Shown piece after piece: positions 16,916 to 25,317 of a stretch of 64,000 nucleotides of DNA. A program made the translations under genes and the position numbers. The notes below the pieces were generated by a model that saw only the letters and a program-made list of their open reading frames with translations, was not told where the DNA came from and did not search any database. This stretch comes from Acidobacteriota bacterium (GTDB taxonomy: Bacteria > Acidobacteriota > Thermoanaerobaculia > UBA5066 > Gp7-AA6): assembly GCA_050257975.1 (NCBI GenBank), contig JBLMXY010000012.1, positions 13,439 to 77,438 on the forward strand, given 5' to 3'. The first letter of the stretch is position 1. Every line of letters begins with the position of its first letter.

Positions 16916-18127
16916 ATGAAGCTTCCCGTCTACATGGACTATCACGCGACGACGCCGGTCGATCCGCGCGTGCTCGAGGCGATGCTCCCGTACTTCACGC
17001 AGGTCTTCGGCAACGCGGCCTCGCGAAGCCACGTCTTCGGCTGGGAGGCGGAAGCGGCGGTGGAGGAGGCGCGCCACCAGATCGCGGCGGCCCTCAACGC
17101 CCGGGACAAGGAGATCGTCTTCACCAGCGGCGCCACCGAGTCGGACAACCTCGCGATCTTCGGCGTGGCCCGACTCTACCGGGAGAAGGGGCGCCACATC
17201 GTCACGGCGGCCACCGAGCACCACGCGGTTCTGGACTCCTGCAAGGCGCTCGAGCGCGACGGTTACGAGGTCACCTGGCTCGCCCCGGACCGGACCGGGC
17301 GGATCGCGCCCGAGCGGGTGCGCGCCGCGCTGACCGACCGGACGATCCTGGTCACCCTGATGCTCGCCAACAACGAGATCGGAACGATCCATCCCGTGGC
17401 CGAGATCGGCGCGATCTGCCGGGGAAGAGGAATCCTCTTCCACACCGACGCGGTCCAGGGCTTCGGAAAGATTCCGTTCGACGTCGAGACGATGCAAGTC
17501 GACCTCGCCTCGATCACGGCGCACAAGCTCTACGGCCCGAAGGGAACGGGCGCGCTCTACGTGCGCGGGAAGAACCCGCGGGTGCGGCTCGCGCCGCTCT
17601 TCTACGGCGGCGGGCACGAGCGCGGCCTGCGCTCGGGCACGTTGAACGTTCCGGGCATCGTGGGCTTCGGCAGGGCCGTGGAGATCTCGATCGCGGAGCG
17701 CGAAGAGGAAGCGCGGCGGCTGCGGCTTCTTCGGCGGCGCCTGGACGAGGGGGTCCGGGCGAGCGTCGAGGACGTCTCCTTGAACGGCGCGGAGCTGCCT
17801 CCGATCGACGAGCGGGGCGACGTCCTGCCGGGACGCGAAGAGCGGCGGCTGCCGGGCAACCTGAACCTCTCCTTCGCCGGCGTCGAGGGGGAGGCGCTCT
17901 TGATGAGCCTGAAGGATCTCGCCGTCTCCTCGGGCTCCGCCTGCACGTCGGCCTCGATCGAGCCGTCGCACGTCCTCAAGGCGATCGGCGTTGCGGACGA
18001 TCTCGCGCACGCCTCGATCCGCTTCGGCCTGGGGCGCTTCTCGAAGCAGGAAGAGGTGGATTTCGCCGTCGGAGCCGTCGAGGCCGCGGTCCGCAAGCTG
18101 CGCGCGGCCGCCGTCCACCGCGGGTGA
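16916..18127 (+). CDS. iscS: Cysteine desulfurase (class I, IscS/NifS)
   Basis: [43 protein letters not shown] (PLP Lys), and the SSGSACTS active-site loop. Confidence 0.9.
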   Translation: MKLPVYMDYHATTPVDPRVLEAMLPYFTQVFGNAASRSHVFGWEAEAAVEEARHQIAAALNARDKEIVFTSGATESDNLAIFGVARLYREKGRHIVTAATEHHAVLDSCKALERDGYEVTWLAPDRTGRIAPERVRAALTDRTILVTLMLANNEIGTIHPVAEIGAICRGRGILFHTDAVQGFGKIPFDVETMQVDLASITAHKLYGPKGTGALYVRGKNPRVRLAPLFYGGGHERGLRSGTLNVPGIVGFGRAVEISIAEREEEARRLRLLRRRLDEGVRASVEDVSLNGAELPPIDERGDVLPGREERRLPGNLNLSFAGVEGEALLMSLKDLAVSSGSACTSASIEPSHVLKAIGVADDLAHASIRFGLGRFSKQEEVDFAVGAVEAAVRKLRAAAVHRG

Positions 18128-18143
18128 CCGCCGGCTCGCCGCG

Positions 18144-18785
18144 GTGAGCCTCGCCGCCCTCGCCCTGGCCGCGTCGCTTTCCGGAGCGGCCGGCCCGATG
18201 CGCGTGACCTCTCGATCGTTCCTGGAAACTTCTCTTCTTCGCCCGGCCGCCGCGACGGGGTGCCTCGACGCGCGGGTGCCGATGCGGGACGGCGTGTATC
18301 TCGTCGCCGATGTTCTTCTCCCCTCGCCGAGCGGCGTTTTCCCACGCTCGTCTGCCGCACGCCCTACGACCGCAAGGGCATGAGGGAAAGCCCGATCGTC
18401 CGCGAGGCGCTCGAGTGCGGATACGGCCGTCGTCTTCCAGGACGTGCGCGGCCGGTACGGCTCGCATCTCCTACCCGGCCGCCGTGAAGGCGGCGGTGCT
18501 GCGCGCGAGCGAGCGCGGCGGCGAGCGGCCGGAGCCTCTGTCGCGCAAGCGCGTCGTGACGCTTCGTCTTCCGAACCTTCGAACCGGGAATCTCTTCGCG
18601 AAGGGACACCGCGTTCGGATCGTTCTGTGGGGAGCTTCCTGCCTCACTTCTCGCGCAACCCTCAGACGGGGCAACCCGAGACGCTCTCGGGAGAGACCCG
18701 CAGGGCTTCGATCTGGATCCGCCACGACGCCCGAGACCCGTCACGCATCGTCCTGCCCGTTTTGTCGGACGGCCCGGCGCGATAG
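18144..18785 (+). pseudogene. Decayed CocE/NonD (X-Pro dipeptidyl-peptidase S15) family hydrolase remnant
   Basis: Family motifs are scattered over three frames. These are a signal peptide plus VPMRDGVYLVADVLLP (frame 0), FPTLVCRTPYDRKG..ALECGY (frame 2), AVVFQDVRGRYGS (frame 0), FAKGHRVRIVLWGAS (frame 1) and FLPHFSRNPQTG...IVLPV (frame 0). The total of about 640 nt compares with the roughly 1.8 kb expected. Confidence 0.6.
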
Positions 18786-18815
18786 GCTCGCGCTGCGAGG
18801 AGGCAGGACCCGAAG

Positions 18816-21800
18816 CTGACCCTTCTTTCCGACGCCGTCCGGGGCATTCCCGCGTACGGGGACCTGCTTGGCAGGGTCCGCAGGGGAGAGGCGCGCGCGG
18901 TCGTCTCGGGGGGCGTCGGTGCGCTGCCCGGGCTGCTTCTCGCGGAGCTGTCCCGGGACCTTGGCCGGCGCCTCGCGATCCTGGTTCCCGACGAGGAGGC
19001 GGCCGAGCAGCTGGCGCTCGACCTCGAGGCGGCGGGCCTCGCCGGCGTCTTCCGCGCGCCCGCGCCGGCCCTGACCCCCTACCAGCGAATCCCGGCCTCG
19101 CTCAAGGCGCGGCGCGACGAGTTTCGCCTGCTCTCGGCCCTCTCGCAGGCCGGGGAGGTCGGGGCGGTGGTCCTGCCTGCGGCCGCGCTCTTCACGCGCC
19201 TGCCGGCGCCGGAGGAGTTCGCCGGGCTCGCCGTCGACCTGGCCGAGGGCGAGGAGGTGACACTGCCGCGGCTGGCGGCGCGGCTGACGGAGCTGGGCTA
19301 TCGGCGCAGCGACCTGGTCGTCGAAACGGGGGACCTCGCGGTGCGCGGCGGACTCTTCGACGTCTTTCCTCCCGACCGCGCGCTGCCCTTGAGGGTCGAG
19401 CTCGAGGGCGACCGGATCGCCTCGATTCGCGTGTTCGACCCGGACACGCAGCGCTCGAGCGAGCGGCTTTCGTCGGCGAAGGTGCCGCCCTTCGCCGCGT
19501 CGCGGGAATCGCGGGAGAAGCGCGAGCTGCTCGAGCAGCGCATCGGGCGCCCGCCGTCGGAGGCCGAGTGCATCGTCTTCGCGCCGGCGGTGTCCGCCAT
19601 GCCATCGGGCTGGCTCGACCACGCGGGGCCGGCGCTTCGCGTCGCGGTCGAGCCGGCTGGCATCGAAGAAGAGGTCGCGGCGTTTTCCGAGCGCATCGCC
19701 GCGGACCGGGATCCCGATCGGGACGTCTTCGCGCCGGAGGAGCTGCTCCATCCGGCCGACCGGGTCCGGGAGGCGGCCGCATCGGCGCCGCTCTGCCTCG
19801 ACCGGCTGGGTCTCTCCACGGGAACCCCGATCCGCCTTCCGGCCGAGGGGATTCCCGGGCACGGCGGGCGAACCGCCGAGGCGGCCCGGGAGATCGCCGC
19901 CGCGCTCGCCGCCGGCGAGGAAGTCCTCATCGCGGCGCGGGTCCCCGGCGGAGCGGAGAAGGTCCGCCGTTTCGCGCGCGAATACGCTCTCCCGGTCGCC
20001 TCCGAGCGCGAGCCCGGGGCCGTCGTCGTCGTCCCGGCCGAGATCTCCGCGGGCTTCCGGCTGCGCGCGCCGCGGCTCGCGCTCTACGCCGAAAGCGAGA
20101 TCTTCGGCGAGGAGAAGCCGTCCGCGGCGGTGCGCGCGCGGCCGTCGGAGGCGTTTCTCTCGGACCTGCGCGACCTGAAGCTCGGCAACGCGGTCGTGCA
20201 CCGCGACTACGGCATCGGGCTCTTCAAGGGCTTGAAGCGCGTCCCCGTGGAGGGCGAGGAGCGCGAGTTCATGGAGATCGGGTACGCCGAGGACAAGACG
20301 CTGCTGCTTCCCGTCGAGAGGTTCGACCTCGTCCAGAAGTACTCGGGCCTCGAGGGCGTCGAGCCCGTGCTCGACCGGCTGGGCGGCGCGGGCTGGGGGC
20401 GGCGCAAGGCCTCCGTCAAGCGCGCCATGCGCGACATGACCGACCAGCTCCTGAAGCTCTACGCGCGCCGGAGCGTGGCCCCGGGCTTCGCCTTCTCGAA
20501 GGACTCCCCCTGGCAGAAGGAGTTCGAGGACGCCTTCGAGTACACCGAGACCCCGGATCAGGCCCAGGCGATCGCCGACGTCAAGCGGGACATGCAGTCG
20601 GACAGGCCGATGGACCGGCTCCTCTGCGGCGACGTCGGCTACGGCAAGACGGAGGTCGCGATGCGCGCGGCCTTCAAGGCGGTGCTCGACGGCAAGCAGG
20701 TCGCGGTGCTGGCGCCGACGACGGTTCTGGCCGACCAGCACTTCCGCACCTTCCGGCGCCGCTTCGCCGCGTTTCCCGTGACCATCGAGCTGCTCTCGCG
20801 CTTTCGCTCGCGCGCCGAGCAGAAGGAGATCGTCGCCCGGGTCGCCGACGGAGCCGTGGACATCCTGATCGCGACCCACCGGATGCTCGGCAAGGACCTC
20901 GCCTTCCGCGACCTGGGCCTTCTCATCGTGGACGAGGAGCAGCGTTTCGGGGTGGCGCAGAAGGAGAAGTTGAAGGAGTGGCGGACCTCGATCGACGTGC
21001 TGGCGATGTCCGCCACACCCATCCCCCGTTCGCTGCACCTTTCGCTCTCGGGGCTCCGGGACCTCTCGATCATCGAGACGCCCCCGCGGGACCGGCTGGC
21101 GATCGAGACGCAGGTCGTGCCCGCCAAGCCCGCGGTCATCCGCGAGGCGATCGAGGCGGAGATCGCCCGCGGGGGCCAGGCGTTCTTCGTGCACAACCGC
21201 GTCGAGTCGATCGGCGGGGTCAAGGAGATGCTGCACGAGCTCGTTCCGTCGGTCCGCATCGCCGTGGCCCACGGGGCGATGCGGGAGTCCGAGCTCGAGA
21301 AGGCGATGCACCGCTTCCTGACGCGGGAGGCGGACCTGCTCCTCGCGACCACCATCATCGAGAATGGGCTCGACATTCCGTCGGCCAACACGATCCTGAT
21401 TGACCGCGCGGAGACCTTCGGCCTGGCGCAGCTCTACCAGCTTCGAGGACGCGTCGGGCGAAGCGACCGGCCCGCCTTCGCGTACCTGCTCGTGCACGAG
21501 ACGGCGGCCCTGTCGGAGGTGGCGCGCCGCCGGCTCGCGTCGATCCAGGAGTTCTGCGACCTGGGGGCGGGCTTCCGCATCGCGGCCAAGGACCTGGAGA
21601 TCCGGGGCTCGGGCAACATCCTGGGAGGAGAGCAGTCGGGGCAGATCGCGTCGGTGGGTTTCGAGACGTACCTGCAGCTTCTGGAGGAGACGATCCGCGA
21701 GATCCGGGGCGAGGAGCCGCAGCCGGAGCGGCTCGTGACGCTGTCGCTCGGGCTCGACCTGACGATCCCGGGCGACTACGTGGCCGACGAGAACTGGCGA

Positions 21801-22169
21801 ATGATGATCTACAAGAAGATTGCCCGGGCGCGGGACGAGAAGGGGCTTTCGGAGACGCTGACCGAGGTCGCAGACCGTTTCGGCGAGCCGCCTCCAGCCG
21901 TCGGGCGCCTGGCGGCGTACGCGCGCATCCGAATGCGGGCCGAGGCCCTGGGCGTGCAATCCGTGACGTCCCAGGCCGGGCGGGTGCATCTGCGGCTGGC
22001 AGAGGACGCCGCCGTCGACCCGGAGCGCCTGCTGGAGGTGGTCCGGTCGACGCCGGGCGCGAGCCTCACTCCGGCACGCGTCCTGACGCTGCCTGCCCCG
22101 CGCGGCGAGGCGCTTCCGGAGGTTCTCCTGGCCCTGCTGGCGCGCCTCGGGCGGCGGGCGGCGGCGTAG
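18816..22169 (+). CDS. mfd: Transcription-repair coupling factor Mfd (start uncertain; CTG proposed)
   Basis: Track ORF 19167..22169 carries the Mfd helicase motifs (LLCGDVGYGKTEVAMRAA, DEEQRFG, RGRVGRS, TRG region). The in-frame upstream 117 codons back to the stop at 18783 also look like the Mfd N-terminal UvrB-homology module, but contain no ATG/GTG/TTG. Confidence 0.85.
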   Translation: MTLLSDAVRGIPAYGDLLGRVRRGEARAVVSGGVGALPGLLLAELSRDLGRRLAILVPDEEAAEQLALDLEAAGLAGVFRAPAPALTPYQRIPASLKARRDEFRLLSALSQAGEVGAVVLPAAALFTRLPAPEEFAGLAVDLAEGEEVTLPRLAARLTELGYRRSDLVVETGDLAVRGGLFDVFPPDRALPLRVELEGDRIASIRVFDPDTQRSSERLSSAKVPPFAASRESREKRELLEQRIGRPPSEAECIVFAPAVSAMPSGWLDHAGPALRVAVEPAGIEEEVAAFSERIAADRDPDRDVFAPEELLHPADRVREAAASAPLCLDRLGLSTGTPIRLPAEGIPGHGGRTAEAAREIAAALAAGEEVLIAARVPGGAEKVRRFAREYALPVASEREPGAVVVVPAEISAGFRLRAPRLALYAESEIFGEEKPSAAVRARPSEAFLSDLRDLKLGNAVVHRDYGIGLFKGLKRVPVEGEEREFMEIGYAEDKTLLLPVERFDLVQKYSGLEGVEPVLDRLGGAGWGRRKASVKRAMRDMTDQLLKLYARRSVAPGFAFSKDSPWQKEFEDAFEYTETPDQAQAIADVKRDMQSDRPMDRLLCGDVGYGKTEVAMRAAFKAVLDGKQVAVLAPTTVLADQHFRTFRRRFAAFPVTIELLSRFRSRAEQKEIVARVADGAVDILIATHRMLGKDLAFRDLGLLIVDEEQRFGVAQKEKLKEWRTSIDVLAMSATPIPRSLHLSLSGLRDLSIIETPPRDRLAIETQVVPAKPAVIREAIEAEIARGGQAFFVHNRVESIGGVKEMLHELVPSVRIAVAHGAMRESELEKAMHRFLTREADLLLATTIIENGLDIPSANTILIDRAETFGLAQLYQLRGRVGRSDRPAFAYLLVHETAALSEVARRRLASIQEFCDLGAGFRIAAKDLEIRGSGNILGGEQSGQIASVGFETYLQLLEETIREIRGEEPQPERLVTLSLGLDLTIPGDYVADENWRMMIYKKIARARDEKGLSETLTEVADRFGEPPPAVGRLAAYARIRMRAEALGVQSVTSQAGRVHLRLAEDAAVDPERLLEVVRSTPGASLTPARVLTLPAPRGEALPEVLLALLARLGRRAAA

Positions 22170-22212
22170 GAAGGGAAGCCGGCCGGCCGCGGCCGTGTTA
22201 TCTAATCCCGCC

Positions 22213-23172
22213 ATGCGAAGGATGCTCACCGTGGCCGCGTTCCTCGTGGCCGCCTCGGCCTCCGCGGAGATCGTCGAATCGGTCGTCGCGCGGGTCAACG
22301 ACCAGCCGATCACGCACAGCGAGTTCGAGAACCGATGTTCGCTGGAGCTCCGCAGCGCGGGCGATGCGGACGGCCGCCGCCGGGTGCTCGACGAGATGAT
22401 CCAGGAGAAGCTGCTCGAGGAAAAGGCCAAGGAGCTCGACGTCGCTGCGACCGACGCCGAGGTCGAAGAGGCGGTCGAGCGCGTCAAGCGTCAGTACAAC
22501 CTGGCGACGGACGCGGAGTTCGACGCCGCGCTCGCCCAGTCGAAGATGACGCGCGACGATTTGAGGAAGCAGCTGCGCCAGACGATCACGATGCAGAAGG
22601 TCGTCGGCCGCGAGGTGACCGGAAAGATCACCATGAACGACGACGTCCTGCGGCTCGAGTACGAGCGGCGCAAGGACGAGCTCTACAAGGTGCCCGAGCA
22701 GGCGCACGTGTACGAGATCGTCCTGCGGTTCTCGTCCGAGGACGCCGCGGCGCGGCAGGCGGCGGTCGAGAAGATCGAGGAGGCGCGCGCGAAGATCGCG
22801 GCCGGCATGCCGTTTTCGGACGCGGCCAAGCAGTACTCGGAGGGCAACGCCCGCGACCGGGGCGGAGACCTCGGAACGGTCGCGAAGGGGGAGCTTCTGC
22901 CGGCTCTCGACTCGGCCGTCTTCGCCGATCCCCCGCAGGAATACCCGGCGCCGGTCCTGCTGCCGGGCTCGGTTCACCTGTTTCACGTGGCCGAGCGCAA
23001 GCCCGCGGGCTACAAGCCGTTCGCCGAAGTGCGGGGGGACCTCCAGAAGCGCATGAGCGAGAACATCTACGACAAGCACCTGGCCGAGTACGTCGAGAAG
23101 CTGCGCCGCGAGGCGTTCATCAAGATCTACGATCCGGCGCTGGCGAAGGCGGAAGAGAAGAAGGCGTCCTAG
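22213..23172 (+). CDS. SurA/PrsA-like peptidyl-prolyl isomerase (periplasmic chaperone)
   Basis: Signal peptide MRRMLTVAAFLVAASASA, then a SurA-N-like region (VVARVNDQPITHSEF) and a parvulin domain (..DAAKQYSEGNARDRGGDLGTVAKGELLPALDSAVF). Confidence 0.8.
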   Translation: MRRMLTVAAFLVAASASAEIVESVVARVNDQPITHSEFENRCSLELRSAGDADGRRRVLDEMIQEKLLEEKAKELDVAATDAEVEEAVERVKRQYNLATDAEFDAALAQSKMTRDDLRKQLRQTITMQKVVGREVTGKITMNDDVLRLEYERRKDELYKVPEQAHVYEIVLRFSSEDAAARQAAVEKIEEARAKIAAGMPFSDAAKQYSEGNARDRGGDLGTVAKGELLPALDSAVFADPPQEYPAPVLLPGSVHLFHVAERKPAGYKPFAEVRGDLQKRMSENIYDKHLAEYVEKLRREAFIKIYDPALAKAEEKKAS

Positions 23173-23335
23173 AAGCCCGTCCGGGGTATTTACCAACTCA
23201 CTCCGCTATCGGTAGAGTCCCCGGACCCTGGGACGCTCACCCCCTAGCGTTTTGGGGTCGAAGGCGACCGAACACGAGCAGTCGGCGCCTTACGCTCGAT
23301 TAGCGCCCCTAATTTTTTTAGGCAAAGGCTTTCCC

Positions 23336-23409
23336 TTGACTAACAAACCTTGGCCCTCCTAACATCGCGGGCAGTGGTTTAATCTGGAAAAAAGTGGTTG
23401 AAAGTGGTC
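23336..23409 (+). promoter_or_regulatory. Candidate Pmra promoter plus MraZ-box direct repeats
   Basis: TTGACT (23336-41) is followed by an 18-nt spacer and TAACAT (23360-65). Four boxes then occur at exact 10-bp spacing: AGTGGTT (23373), TCTGGAA (23383), AGTGGTT (23393) and AGTGGTC (23403). A T7 run at 23313-19 is UP-element-like. Confidence 0.55.
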
Positions 23410-23440
23410 CTGATTTGCGAATCGGGACTCGAGAGGAAGG

Positions 23441-23887
23441 ATGGATCGCTTTCGGGGAAGCGCGCCGGCCCGCCTCGACGAGAAGGGCCGACTGAAGGTG
23501 CCGAATCTCTTCCGACAGCAGATCGAAGAGGCGTTCGGGCCCGAAGTGTTCGTCACTTCCCTGCACGGCCGCGAGGTGCTGGTCTATCCGCTCTCGATCT
23601 GGCAGGCGCTCGAGGAGAAGCTCGCCGCGCTTCCGGCGATTCACCGGGCCAAGCGAAAGTTCCTCGAGCGGGTCAACTACTACGGACAGGGCGGAGCCCT
23701 CGACGGGCAGGGGCGGGTGCTCGTCCCCCAGATCCTGCGCGACGCCGCGAAGCTTCCGCCCGACGTCGTCGTGACCGGAAACATCGATCACCTGGTCGTG
23801 TCCGACCGCGGCGCGCTCGCGACCAGGCTCGCGGGCGAGGACTTCACGCCGGAGGACTACGACGAGCTTTCCAAGCTGCTGTCGTGA
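23441..23887 (+). CDS. mraZ: Transcriptional regulator MraZ
   Basis: MDRFRGSAPARLDEKGRLKVP... plus a second SpoVT/AbrB-like half (ALDGQGRVLVPQILR). It is the first gene of the dcw cluster. Confidence 0.9.
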   Translation: MDRFRGSAPARLDEKGRLKVPNLFRQQIEEAFGPEVFVTSLHGREVLVYPLSIWQALEEKLAALPAIHRAKRKFLERVNYYGQGGALDGQGRVLVPQILRDAAKLPPDVVVTGNIDHLVVSDRGALATRLAGEDFTPEDYDELSKLLS

Positions 23888-23932
23888 AGGAAAGCCGACG
23901 AAGAGGAAACGGGAGTCGGTGAGACGAAGGAG

Positions 23933-24895
23933 ATTGAGCATCCCGCGCACACGCCGGTCCTTCTGCGAGAAGTCGTGGAATGGCTGTGTCCGGAGCGCGG
24001 GGGATTCTTCGTGGACGCCACGATCGGGGCCGGCGGTCATGCCGAGGCGATGCTCGAGCGCGGCGGCGCGGGGCTCCGTCTGCTCGGAATCGACCGCGAT
24101 CCCGAGGCGCTCGCGCTCGCTCGCCGGCGTCTGGCGAGGTTTTCGTCGCGCGTGGAATTTCGGGAGGGCGACTTCGCCGATCTCGACGCGCTCCTCTCGG
24201 GCTGCCCGGCGCCCGACGGGATTCTCGCCGATCTCGGCGTCTCCTCGATGCAGCTCGAGACCCCGGCGCGCGGGTTCTCCTTCCGCCGGGAGGGACCCCT
24301 CGACATGCGAATGGGGCGTAGTGGCCGGAGCGCCGCGGAGATCGTCGCGGCGTCCTCGGTCGAGGAATTGACGCGGATTTTCCGCGAATACGGGGAGGAA
24401 CGAATGGCGGCAAAGATCGCGCGGGGGATCGTGGCGGAACGGGCCCGGGGGCCGATCACGACCACTCGGCAGCTCGCCCGGATCGTGGCGAGCGCCAAGG
24501 GGTCGCGCGACCGCATCGATCCGGCCACCAGGGTCTTTCAGGCGCTCCGCATCGAGGTCAATCAGGAGCTCGTGGCCCTCTCGCGCTTTCTCGCCGCCGC
24601 GGTCCACCGCGCAAACGCCCGAGGGCGCATCGCCGTGCTCTCCTACCATTCCCTGGAGGACCGGCTCGTCAAGGAGGCCTTCCGCCGCGATTCCGGCGTG
24701 TGCCTCTGTCCGCCGAGAATCCCGCGATGCGTCTGCGGCGCGCGCGCGGTCCTGCGCGTTCTGACGCGTCGTCCCGTCGTTCCCTCCGAGGCGGAACGCC
24801 GGGCAAACCCCCGGTCGCGCAGCGCCCGGCTTCGCGTCGCCGAGAAGATCGATGCGCCGCAATCGAGCGAATCCCTCCCGACCGCCGAGAGCTGA
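23933..24895 (+). CDS. rsmH: 16S rRNA m4C1402 methyltransferase RsmH/MraW (start uncertain)
   Basis: HTPVLLREVVEWL..GGFFVDATIGAGGHAEAML, LGVSSMQLE and SYHSLEDR motifs. The first canonical start (GTG 23975) lies downstream of the conserved HTPVLL, so ATT 23933 is taken as a placeholder. Confidence 0.85.
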   Translation: MEHPAHTPVLLREVVEWLCPERGGFFVDATIGAGGHAEAMLERGGAGLRLLGIDRDPEALALARRRLARFSSRVEFREGDFADLDALLSGCPAPDGILADLGVSSMQLETPARGFSFRREGPLDMRMGRSGRSAAEIVAASSVEELTRIFREYGEERMAAKIARGIVAERARGPITTTRQLARIVASAKGSRDRIDPATRVFQALRIEVNQELVALSRFLAAAVHRANARGRIAVLSYHSLEDRLVKEAFRRDSGVCLCPPRIPRCVCGARAVLRVLTRRPVVPSEAERRANPRSRSARLRVAEKIDAPQSSESLPTAES

Positions 24896-24947
24896 TCGCT
24901 GAGAACTGACAACTGAGAACTGACAACTGAGAACTGACAACTGACAA
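24892..24947 (+). repeat. Tandem heptamer array (CTGATCG, then CTGAGAA/CTGACAA x3, then CTGACAA)
   Basis: The 14-nt unit CTGAGAACTGACAA is repeated exactly 3 times at 24899-24940 and is flanked by related heptamers. The array fills the rsmH-ftsL spacer. Confidence 0.9.
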
Positions 24948-24954
24948 CTTCCTC

Positions 24955-25317
24955 ATGAGCACCGCCGCCTACTCGCAAGGCAAACGCGTCGAGAACCTGC
25001 ACCTGACCCGCGAGCGGGACCGCCGCCGCGGACGCGAGCTCGCGACCTTTCTGCTCGCCGGGCTGCCGGTCGCCTGCGCGTTGCTGGTCTACGCCGCCCT
25101 GCACATCGAGACGGTGCGGGTGGGCTACGCGCGGGAGGCCCGCGTGCGTCGGGTTCTCGAGCTCGACGAGCAGAACCGGATTCTGCGCGCGGAGCTCGCG
25201 CGCGCCTCGTCTCCCGATCGGGTGTCTGCGCTGGCGGCCCGCAAGAAGCTGCGCCCGCCCGTGTCCGGCCAAATCCAGTACGTCCAGGCGCCGCCGCCCC
25301 GGGAGTCCCGGCCGTGA
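24955..25317 (+). CDS. ftsL: Cell-division protein FtsL-like
   Basis: 120 aa, with a single TM (ELATFLLAGLPVACALLVYAAL) followed by a coiled-coil-like segment. It occupies the canonical position between rsmH and ftsI. Confidence 0.65.
   Translation: MSTAAYSQGKRVENLHLTRERDRRRGRELATFLLAGLPVACALLVYAALHIETVRVGYAREARVRRVLELDEQNRILRAELARASSPDRVSALAARKKLRPPVSGQIQYVQAPPPRESRP

Noticed and set aside
18741-22487. 1248-aa ORF antisense to mfd.
   Set aside because: It has no motifs and an Arg/Pro/Gly-rich composition. The opposite strand encodes an unmistakable Mfd.
23173-23335. Possible surA terminator or small RNA: hairpins GTCCGGGG...CCCCGGAC (23181-23227), ACGCT-8nt-AGCGT-TTTT, and AAGGCGACCGA...GTCGGCGCCTT.
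   Set aside because: The stems are short or bulged with weak or absent U-tracts. Several alternative folds are possible, so a discrete terminator or ncRNA cannot be supported by eye.
24892-24947. Considered whether the tandem CTGAGAACTGACAA units (and the other heptamer loci) are a mini CRISPR array.
   Set aside because: The units are 7/14 nt with no unique spacers between them, and no cas genes are present. They are simple tandem or inverted repeats.
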